The notes beneath the pieces were generated by a model. That model ran no database searches. It had not been told where the DNA came from and saw nothing but the letters and a program-made list of their open reading frames with translations. A DNA stretch of 64,000 nt from Callorhinchus milii (Eukaryota). The DNA lies in NCBI RefSeq assembly GCF_018977255.1, contig NW_024704742.1, positions 40,674,001-40,738,000 of the forward strand, written 5' to 3'. Shown here piece after piece: positions 37,676-47,852 of the stretch. The position numbers and the translations under genes are program-made. The stretch's first letter is position 1. Each line of letters opens with the position of its first letter.

Positions 37676-37728
37676 TGTTTTGCTTAATAAGGACTGTTTT
37701 CAAACCTTGAAATATTTATTCATTACAG

Positions 37729-37811
37729 AACTGAATTATGAAGTTTGCCCAGCATGGAATGAATGTGAAGAAAATGCTGCAAAATCCTTTTGGAGATCAG
37801 CGTCGGTAGTT
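37729..37811 (+). CDS. Cyclase exon 5 (LNYEVCPAWNECEENAAKSFWRSASVV)
   Basis: acag|AA...GTT|gtaag, 83 nt. Confidence 0.93.
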
Positions 37812-37909
37812 GTAAGTGTGTGTTTATCTGAAAGAAATGCAGCTAGACACTACTTCTTGTAGTACTGTTGTTCCAATACACTGTTGTAATTGCATTATGT
37901 AATTCTCAG

Positions 37910-37986
37910 TATGCAAAAAAAGCCAGTGGAGAGGTAAAGGTGGTACTGAATGGATCTTCGCAAACAAGAGCTTTCAGAACTGAAAG
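37910..37986 (+). CDS. Cyclase exon 6 (YAKKASGEVKVVLNGSSQTRAFRTE)
   Basis: tcag|TAT...AAG|gtaaa, 77 nt. Confidence 0.93.
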
Positions 37987-38029
37987 GTAAAAACACATAA
38001 CAAATAAGGCCATAATCCAACCATTTCCT

Positions 38030-39285
38030 CAAGTCCCCCTCCTCCCGCATTCCCCTCCCCTCCAACATCTCTTACCACGGTTGGAAAATACTTCTCTCCC
38101 AAATCCCTTACAAAAGTCCTTTCATCCTCCCTCTGATTTTCTACCTGCAGTGTTCCCGATGCAGCCATCAAGCTGCTAAATGATCAACTTTCTTCGTCTT
38201 TCAATTGCCATTCCCCCCCTGAAGTCCACGACAAGTCTCCCACCCACCTACTCCTACTGGTATAATAGTCACCTGCACACCCTTAAATTCAAAACCTGGT
38301 CACTCGATCACAGATGGTACAAAACCAGCCTCACGTTTCCTCACTTTCCTCAATTATCTCCTTTTTCTTTCCAAGGTGCTGGAGCGTGTTGTTACTTCCT
38401 AGCTTTGCTCATTCCTTTCCCGCCACTCCCTCTACAAACATGTCCAATTGAGTTTCCGTGTTTCCCAGAGCACAGAAACAAATTACATTGTGTCCACCTC
38501 CTTCTGACCAGGCCTTCCTCTGTCTCCTCATCCTCCTTGACCTCTCTGCGTCTATGACACTGTCGACCATTCTTTCTTTGTCCGCCTCCTCACCTCTCAG
38601 CTCAATCATCACGGTCCTGTCAGTGCCTGGTTCAAATCTTACCCGTCATCTCCACTTCGTATCCACAAACAGCTTCTCCTCCAAACCTCGCACCATCTTG
38701 TGCAACATTCCTCAGGGCTCTGTCCTTGGTCCTTCAATATCTACATGTTCCCCCCCTTGCTGACATCATCCGCAGACAGAGGGTCAACTTCCACATGTAT
38801 GTGGATGACACCCAGCTCTATCTCTCTGGCTCCACCCTCGATTCCAGGTCAACTGCTGTCCTGACAGAATGTCTGTCAGCCATCAAGTCCTGGATGAGAG
38901 CTAACTTTCTTCAGTTGAATGTCAACAAGACCGAGGCCTTCCTGATTGGCTCACGCCAGTGCCTCCACACCTCGGGTGCTGACAGCATCACCATCCATGG
39001 ATGAACACTCCACCTCATTGACCTTCAACTGTCCTTTCTCCCCCACATCCGTGCCATGACCCATTCTGTCTTCCCCCATCTCCTCAACATCTCCCGGATC
39101 TCCAACTGCATCTCCCCTCAGGCCGCTGAGACCCTTGAGGCTCGATTAAGCTAACTCCCTGATGTTGGTCTTCCAAACTCTTCCCTCCACAAACTGTAGA
39201 TCATTTAGCACTCTGCAGCTCATGTCCTATCCCAAGCTCCGTGACCCTATCACCTCATCCTCGCCCAGCTCCATTGGCATCCCAT
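38030..39285 (+). mobile_element. L2 LINE fragment (RT region)
   Basis: [38 protein letters not shown]. Confidence 0.88.
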
Positions 39286-40001
39286 AGTTTTCCTGATTTA
39301 AGGAACCGGTCAGAGGGCTCCATTCATTTGGTTGAATATTAGGAAAAAACAATTGATTACCAGGAAGGCAGTTAAGGCCAGGCCACTAGACTATGGAAGG
39401 ATGGTAGGATGGGAATTCTGGGTGGCTGAGATCAAATGGGCTGAAGGGCCTTCTTCACCTGATAGGTTAGTTCCCAGGTTTGCCAGTTTGCTGTTGATCT
39501 AATCAAGAAAAGAGGGAGTTTCATCTCTGAGTTCTGGAAGATTATTAACAACTGTTGACATTTCCTCACTGGAAGAATTAGTGTAGAGTTTAGAAGAAAC
39601 TTTCTTGTCCAGAGAGTTGGTAGAACAATTGAAATCTTTCACTCAAAAGATTGCTTTTAAAAGAGCCAACACAGACTCGATGGGCCGAATAGTCTTCTTC
39701 TGTCCTGTAAATTTCTATGGTTCTAACATGGATAGCTTTGCCACAAGAGGATGCTGTGGCTGACACCATAACATATAAAAGGGAATGGATAAATAATTGA
39801 AGAGGAACATAATCAAAGTGCATAGGAAAGAGCAAGGAATATGTTATAGGAAATGAAATGCCAGGTGATTATGAGACAAGTGACTGATAATATCCTTCCA
39901 AACTAATCTAAAGACACTACCCTTGATCATTGTGTATTATGGGTGTTTATCAATTCATTGCACCTTACTGCTATTGATTATTTGTTGCTTTCTGTCACTA
40001 G

Positions 40002-40094
40002 CATTTTTGGTAGCATTGAACTTGGAAATCTAGACACCAATCGGATTTCTTCAATCCAACTCTGGATCATGGATAACCTTTCCGGGTCTGATAA
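40002..40094 (+). CDS. Cyclase exon 7 (IFGSIELGNLDTNRISSIQLWIMDNLSGSD), catalytic Glu
   Basis: ctag|C...TAA|gtaag (phase 2), 93 nt; FGSIE corresponds to CD38 FGSVE226. Confidence 0.93.
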
Positions 40095-40349
40095 GTAAGG
40101 TTTTGCACTTTTATTACATAATGTGGGATAACACGCAGAGCAACAATACTTTGTATCGTCATTGGAAAATATTTCCAAGCAAAGCACAGGCAACTGAACC
40201 TGCTGGTGTTCCATCCAACTGTGCTGTGGAGTGTTCGATGTAGGTTTGCAGATCCAATTTGCCACATAGAAAGTTACTAAGTGTAGCTATTATAGAATGA
40301 TACTAGAAGATAACTTACAGGAAAGAAGGGCACAAAAAATCAAGGCAGA

Positions 40350-41102
40350 GTCACCTTGAACTCCTTTCGCACACTCCTAACGGACGTTCACAAAGATGTC
40401 TTCATAAGAAGTTGTAAGAAAACAAGGTTTGTCTCAAGACCTTTTTGGCCATGCCTACGGACATCTTCCTATCTCCACCCCACCCTGCCCCCATCCCTCT
40501 TGAATCCAAACCCCAGCTGGGGTGCAAACCCTTCCCTGTGCAATGCCTTGGGACGTCCTCCCTATATGAAAGGTGCTTTTTAAATGCAATTTGTTGTTTT
40601 TGTTGTTTTACCAGTGACCTGGCCAATAATTCCGCAAATAAGCCTCAAGAAATGACTTGATTATATCTAGAACTAAAATTACATTATATTTGGTGGAAAA
40701 GTAACAGTGCAACCAACTCAAATGAGATTTTTTAACATAAAATGCATGTCGCATGTGTTCCATAAATACCTGACTGTCAGCTCCCTCCGCTCAGTGGCCT
40801 CTGGTCTATCCCATGCCCCTGCCCTGCCTGCTCCATCATCAGTGGTTGGGCCTTCAGCCTCTCTGATCCTACCCTTTGAAATTCCATCCCACAGAGCCTC
40901 GTCCACTCCCCTTGCCTCCTTCAAGGTCCGTCTCAAGATCCTCCTCTTTGGTCACCCTCCTACCCCTACCCTCCCTGCCCTCCACCCCTCCTGATCCCAA
41001 TCCCCAGCTCAGGTCCAAATCCTTGACTGTCCAGCGCCTTAGAACATTATCCTGAAGTGAAAGGAGCTATACAAATGTAATTTGTTGTTGTTGTTGTTGT
41101 TG
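40350..41102 (+). mobile_element. Two L2 3' tail fragments (about 40350-40606 and 40770-41102)
   Basis: L2 3'UTR plus (GTT)n tails. Confidence 0.75.
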
Positions 41103-41387
41103 GTCATTTCACTTCATGGCTGTTTGTGACAATGCTGTGCGCAAAATTGGCTGCCGTATTTGCCCACAAATCACATCTTCACTCCACTTTACAATATATC
41201 CTGTGAAATGCTTTGGGTCCTCCTGACAGGAAAGGTTTATACCAAATGCAGGACATCCTCCTGACATGAAAGTTGTTGTAATGTCAACTGCAAGGATTAT
41301 TTTGATTACTATCAAAGCTGCAAGGGCACAATATTTGCCATTTAAATATAAGCTATGCTGTTTGGTTTAGTTTGATGATTATAATAT

Positions 41388-41670
41388 AATAATAATCCTT
41401 GAATTTGATATAGCACCTTATCACATCTTCGAGATATCTCAAAGAGCTTCGCAGAAATACACTGTAAAGTGTAGTGACTGTATGTTTTGTGGATGAAACG
41501 CAGCAGCCAATTGCGCATAGAAGTGTCCCACAACCAGTCGTGGGTTGAGTGACCTCATCATTATTATTATTGTTTTGGAGGCATAATTATCCCTGAAAAA
41601 GCAACGTGCCAATTGACTAACAAGCAGATTCATACTTACTGCTAGCTAAACATGTGTGTGGAGTAAGGAA
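41388..41670 (-). mobile_element. SINE, long subfamily, 5'-truncated
   Basis: Tail and body match the family. Confidence 0.8.
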
Positions 41671-41741
41671 TGAATGATTATAGTCGGTTCTTAGCAACAA
41701 CACAGAACACGGAAATCACCATTTCACTTTTGCTTTTGCAG

Positions 41742-41828
41742 GGAATCCTGCGGTGTTGGGAGTATTGCACAATTAGAAATCGCTTTGAAACACAAGGGTT
41801 TCAAATTCTCCTGCATTGATAATTACAG
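41742..41828 (+). CDS. Cyclase exon 8 (ESCGVGSIAQLEIALKHKGFKFSCIDNY)
   Basis: gcag|G...CAG|gtgta, 87 nt. Confidence 0.92.
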
Positions 41829-42682
41829 GTGTAGTATCTCACTAGATTAACACACAAGTCTTTGAAATACTGGATGTATCTAATTTTGGTGGAATTCTAT
41901 CTCAATAACATTTATAGTAAATTTTCCATGACTTCAGTATTTTCAGAAGTGGTGTTTGCAAAGAGGAATTGGATACTTGGGGTACTGCGGACCTGCCTGG
42001 CTCAGATAATTCAGACTATCCAAACCACTGCAGAGGGTTGATTCCATTCTGACACCTGTTCCCAAGCATATGAGCTTGGAGCCGTTTCAGCTCCAAGGAG
42101 GCCTCAATTATATATTTACCTCCCCCCACTCCCCCCCACCCCAGGAGGATGGGTCTCTCAACACGTTTGAAGAAATTCCTTTGATTACAAGAGAGGTTTG
42201 GATGAAGAAGTTCCTTTGTCCAATTGATCTTGTTCTTCCAGAATACAAACCCAAACACCTTCCCATTTCAGCATCAAGCTGTTCCTCAAACAAGTCCAAT
42301 GTCCTGGGCTCAACACCCTTCGTGGTAACCTTTCTGTTTGTTAATTAAGTTGATAGGATTGTTACTTTAGACTTGAAATCTGTTATTATTCTGACTAATA
42401 GGGGTGATGATTTTCATGAAGTTGGTAGGGTTGCCTTTGACTGTGGCATTTCCACCAATGAAAATTCTGACAATCTGAAAATTAGCACCAATAATAATTA
42501 TTTGGTTAACCAGATTCCTTTCTATTGGGCCTGAATTCACCAGATGTACCTTCCCTGACCAAACATTGGAGGATTCTTGTCTGATGTTAAAGCAGCAAAA
42601 TATTTAAAATAGCTGTGGTGGAAAACTGTATATTGTTCAATATTGCTCAAGAAAAACTAAAAAAATCTCTTTTGAATGATAG

Positions 42683-42752
42683 GCCTGTCCAACTCATCCA
42701 ATGTATTTGGATGCCTGAACACAAATCCTGCAATATCTGCCCAAAGAACTGA
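42683..42752 (+). CDS. Cyclase exon 9 (PVQLIQCIWMPEHKSCNICPKN*)
   Basis: atag|G...TGA; conserved QC...P...SC pair. Confidence 0.9.
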
Positions 42753-43051
42753 CATCCACGGAGAATACTTTTCTCTGCCATTCCAATTCTACGGTCAAAA
42801 ATACAAGAGAAAGCTAGAAAGATAGCGATCCATCCAATTGTGATTCGTCTGCATTGTATAACCTGAAAATTAGAGTGTAATTCTGAGAGTATTATTTCCT
42901 ATACACTTCTGGGGGAAAAAAGCAAAGCTACAAGGTAAGAATGATCATCTGACAGGGAAATAATCCAGAGAAGGATTGTGTTGCATTGAGGTTTGCACGT
43001 AGGGGTGAAAATCGGTGAAATATTTACATGTGTCCATTTGTACTTCCAGCT

Positions 43052-43057
43052 AATAAA
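43052..43057 (+). terminator. Candidate poly(A) signal of the cyclase gene
   Basis: AATAAA 300 nt after the stop, followed by T-rich sequence. Confidence 0.5.
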
Positions 43058-44881
43058 CTTGTATTTTCAGTTAAATTATCCTCCATGTTCTCACTTATTT
43101 TTAAGGTTTTAGCTATTTGAAATGGGTCCTAATTGAATCAGTTCTCAAACAGCCTGAAACTTAGATGTAGTATTAAAAAGGGAGTCGCATTTTCCAAGAA
43201 CAACTTTGTGACAAATCAGCTACTAACTATTCTTGCATGTCCAAATGAGTTAAGCAGCATCACAGTTCAATGATCTAGAAAAGAACAGAATAGAGTAGAT
43301 CTAATTCCTCAACGTCAGCAACATACATTTTTGCTTTTGGAAAATGTTCAGTGATCAACTGACTGTTACACACCTTTGTGCCATTGCATACTTTCTGAGT
43401 ATGAATGGGTAGATGTTGAGAAATGTTAAATACTAGTTTAGTTACCTGTACACCAAGGTAGATAATTATTTTTTAAAAATACCAAAATGACCAAAGGCTT
43501 GCCGAAGGGTAAATTAATTGATCTTATTCTCCAAGACTATTTTCTGCTGCAAAGCAATGCCTTTCATGAATGCAGCAATGATTTGCTCAGTTTCAAACAG
43601 GATTTTTAGATTTTTCAACCTGTAATGACTGGTTTAGCAGTTCCTTTTTGTTGGCCACGTGAGCTGCCAAATGGGCCCCAATTGCACACTTGATCAACAG
43701 ATGTACTATAACAATTTTGTAGGATTATTACAGTTCCAAAGCACCTCCAGCTATTTAGATTTAGAAATAATTCCATATTTTAGTTATTCAATTGTTGCAT
43801 TTCCAGAAACCACCAGTCCCACTTATTTCATTTTTGAAGCACCTTACCCTGGAGTATTTCTGCACTGCTGAAGAATGCATAATAATGTTCCGTTAAATAA
43901 TTTTTAATAATCCTAACATTTAATATAGCTCCTTTCACATCAAGAGGATATCTCAAAGCCTCACAGGATTTACTGTAAAGTGTAATAACAAACTATATAA
44001 GCAGATAAGATTTATTACTCTTCCTGGTAACCAATCTCAGTTGTTAACTCCCCTTTCTGTAAATGAATACCTATAAATATACAGTCAATTCACTTTACAG
44101 CATATTCTGTGAAGCGCTTTGAGATGTCAAGAAGACGTGAAAAAGCGCTATATCAAATGCAAGGATTATTATTATTATTATTATGTGGGTTCAAGTCTCA
44201 CATCAGAACTTGGAGTTCACGTAATCTAAAATAGACACACCAATGCAGTGCTGCACTGTTCAAGGTGCCGCATTTCGCCTTGAGGCATCCTCCCAATGTG
44301 AAAAGTGCTGTACAAAGATTATTATTATTAGGGTAGTATTGCAAAGTTCTTCACAGAATTTAGTGCAAAGTATGTTTATTCAGACTGTGTATTCTGCAGA
44401 CAAACGTGGCAGACAATTTGCACACAGCAATGTCCCACAAACAGCCATGAAGTGAATGACCACTTTTATTTGGTGGATTTGTAAATGCAGTAACATGCAA
44501 TTTATTGTTGTTGATTGTTGGCCAGAACACCAAGACAAACACCCTTCTCTTTTTGAATTAGTGTCATGGGAAAAAACATCCACCCGAACCGGCAGAGCTA
44601 GCTGAACTAGTTTTAATGTCAGTTTTCTACAGGTTTTATAAAGTTGTTGAATTAGGACAATCAAACCAAATTAAGTGTTTTCTGCGAAAGTGCCTTACCC
44701 CCTCCCTCCATGTAGGAATATTCTTTGTGCTATTTTAATTCAGATATTTAAGAGAAGGATGTTCAAAAATTAATTAAACAAAACAAATGTTGCCAAAGCA
44801 GCAACAAGGTGCCACCATTAGAGGGCACCAGACACTTTCTTCATAGTTAAAAGGAAATGAAGTGGCTGCTCTATAGGAACT

Positions 44882-45196
44882 ATAATAATAATCCTTGCAT
44901 TTGATATAGCGCTTTTCACATCGGGAGGACGTCCCAAAGCGCTTCACAGAACACACTGTAAAGTGAATTGACTGTTTATTTGTGGGCGAACGCGGCAGCT
45001 AATTGCGCACAGCAATGTCCCACAAACAGTCGTGGATTGAAAATGACCAATTTATCATTGTTTTGTTTTGGAGGGATTATTATTAGGCTCTGTGTGGAGG
45101 AAGGAAACTTGCCCAAGGTTTCGCCCTCTGCCTGGAATTGAACTCAGGTCTCTCACTTGCAAAGCGAGTGCTCTAACCACTGAGCTACAGGACTCC
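44882..45196 (-). mobile_element. Full-length SINE (short subfamily, L2-type tail variant)
   Basis: Close reverse complement of 31290-31612. Confidence 0.9.
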
Positions 45197-45504
45197 ATAC
45201 CGTGGGAAATGTGGGAACATTGTAAACATTGTAAACATGTCGATTGTAGGGTCTCAGTGGGGACAGTATTTCAGAGAGAATGAAATGGGTAAGGAAGGAA
45301 AGATGATGCAAACAATTTCAGGATTGTACAGAAAGGGATCAGAAATGGGATATGTAGAAATCTTGCTTTCCTTCAAATACACCCTTCCTCTGCTTCATTT
45401 CATGTATACAGGGATCAGAAAGCTAGAGTTTAAACAGGTGTGGGTTTTCAAAGGAATGCCATTGGACAGATGATTCCTATAGCTTATAACTATATATAGC
45501 AACT

Positions 45505-46390
45505 ATAGTTAAAGCACTCACTTCACAAACGAGACGACCTGGGATCGATTCCCAGCAGGGCAAAATATCTGGCAAGTTTCCTTACTTCACACGCCTCTGC
45601 TTACCTACCAGTAGGTAAGAACCCAGTTGTTAGTCAATTGGCAGATCACTTTTCCTGGGTAATAGTTCCTTAAAAAAAGAATAATTTGGTCACTCAATCG
45701 TGGAGTCCTGTAGCTTAGTGATTAGAGCACTCTCCTCGCAAGCGAGAGACCTGGGTTTGATTATCGGCAGGGCGAAACGTTGGGCAAGTCTCCTTACTCC
45801 ACACGCCTCTGTTAATCGAGCAGTAAGTAGGAGCCCAGTTGTTAGTCGATTGGCGGATCGCTTTTCCAGCAGGGTAATAATTCCTTCAAAAAAAAATAAT
45901 AATAATGATTTGGTCACTCAATCCACAAATTTTGTGGGACACTGCTGTCCGCAATTGGCTGCCGCATTTCGCCTACAAAATATACAGTCAATTCAGTTTA
46001 AAGTCTATTCTGTGGAGCACTTTGAGACATCTCGAAAACGTGATAAGGCATTATATCAAATGCAAGGATTATTATTATTATTATCGATTCCCAGGCAGGA
46101 CGAAACCTTAGGGAAGTTTCCTTATTCCACACGCCTCTGTTTGCCTAGCAGTAAGTAGGAACCCAGTTTTTAGTTGATTGGCCAATCGCTTTCTGGGGGT
46201 AATAATCCCTTCAAAAAGCACAAATAAAATAAAAATCACTCAAAGCTCAACTGTTTGTGGGACAGTTCTGTGCACAATGGCTGCCGCTTTTCGCTCACAA
46301 AATATACAGTTAATTCACTTTACAGTATATTCTGTGAAGCACTTTGAGACGTCTCAACAATGTGATAAGGCGCTATATCAAATGCAAGGA
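45505..46390 (+). mobile_element. Three head-to-tail long-subfamily SINE units
   Basis: Units about 45505-45700 (no 3' half), 45702-46083 (full), 46084-46390 (5'-truncated). Confidence 0.85.
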
Positions 46391-46649
46391 AACAAGAAAA
46401 CAAATAGCGAGCAAGGCACCAGTGGGAAAACATCTCTTTTTTTCCAAGTTTTGACAGTTTGGGATTTGTGTTTACAGAATTCAAAGTGAATCGTGTATTT
46501 TAGCCCCCGATGTTGACAGTTTCCAGAAAGGTTTGTGATTGCAAGGGAATGGAGGCATGTGAAAGAGCAACAAGGTTCAGGAAATTAGATCAACTCAAGA
46601 GACCTTAATGGTCTTTCTGTGTTCCCATGCAATTTGCTTTATCAAGAGC

Positions 46650-46668
46650 AGTCACTAGATGGCACCCT
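46650..46668 (+). promoter_or_regulatory. CTCF-like motif; a second, same-orientation site at 44814-44830
   Basis: AGTCACTAGATGGCACCCT and ACCATTAGAGGGCACCA versus consensus CCAC(T/C)AG(A/G)(T/G)GGC(A/G)C. Confidence 0.5.
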
Positions 46669-47519
46669 TACCTACATAAAAGTTAGAATGGTACAGTTGC
46701 AATGCTATTGCTATTACAAACTACCTTCCTTGGGGGGAGGTAAGTGGGGTCTCCTTGGAGCTGAACTGGCTCTAAGGTGATAAGCCTGGCAACAGAATGT
46801 CGGAATCGAGCCAGCGCTCTGTGGCAGTCTCGATAGTCCCAGCTCCCGAGCCAAGCGGGTCTGCAGTATTCCTGGGCACTCCTGGTGACAACACGGCCAG
46901 CCTGGTTCATTGGCAGGACCTGGAAGGGCAGGCCAGTCACTGGGGGCAAGGAGTCATCCCACTCAGCTCCTGTTAACCCTGCAAGGCAAAGCCAGAAGCG
47001 TGTGGAGTAAGGAAACTTGCCTAAGGTTTCGCCTCATCCAGGTCCTCTCGCTTGCGAGGAGAGTGTACTAATCACTACGCTATGGGACTGATATCTCTGG
47101 TATAGGTTTACATTGAGGCTAATTGAAGAGCAGACTTCTTGTTTTTATCCTGTTGTAAAATGCCATGGTCACTGACCTTTGTTTTATAAACATTGTATCT
47201 TCACGTAACCATATTCAGTGAGCTGTAGATATTTGGCAGATTGCAATTGCAAAATCTTTTTTCATTTTGCTAGAATGTAATAAAATCATACTTATAATAA
47301 TTTAAGAACTTCTTTATCTTGGAAACCTTGTCCTTTGAAGTTTGTGACAAATGATGGTGGGAATCTGCTGTGGGGGGTTTGAAATTCTCTTAACAGTAAA
47401 ATATTTCGGATTCCGTTTAAGATATGGTCTACTCACCAGAAAATATTTGATAGTAGATTATCAGCCTGGCTCAGTTCGTAGTATTCTCACCTCTTGTTCA
47501 GAAGGTTGTTCTATATTGT

Positions 47520-47852
47520 TCCCTCTATCTCTCTGACCTCCTCTCTCCTCAAAACAGTACCCGTTACCTTCGTTCCTCCGGGTCTGACCTCCTCCTCGTC
47601 CCCCGAGTCCTCCGCGGCCGTGCCTTCAGCCACTATGCCCTAAGGTTCTGGAACTCCCTTCCTCACCCCCTTCGTCTCGCTCCCTCCCTTCCTATTTTCA
47701 GGTCTCTGCTGAAGACCTTTCTTTTCGACCACGCCTTTGGTCACCTTCCTCCCCCTCCCCTTGGCTCGGCCCCAGGATCTGTTACTGTGAAGCGCTCTGA
47801 AACGCCGTCCAGCGTGGAGGGCGCTTTATAAATCCAAGTTGTTGTTGTTGTT
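47520..47852 (+). mobile_element. L2 3' fragment inserted in a DeuSINE-like relic (about 47460-48170)
   Basis: SINE head at 47465-47510 resumes at about 47853. Confidence 0.75.

Larger units (their letters stand above)
29988..42752 (+). other. ADP-ribosyl cyclase / cADPR hydrolase gene, CD38/BST1 (CD157) family; 9 coding exons, about 288 aa
   Basis: WTGRGTT, 10 family Cys, IFWS, PLESTL..GYMLN..WCG, FWRSAS, VLNGS, FGSIE (catalytic Glu); internal exons 130/136/83/77/93/87 nt, close to recalled CD38/BST1 sizes. Confidence 0.93.

Noticed and set aside
42931..42940. Strong donor AAG|GTAAGA as a route to a BST1-like GPI exon
   Set aside because: It lies about 180 nt after the in-frame stop, so it cannot add coding sequence; no evidence it is used
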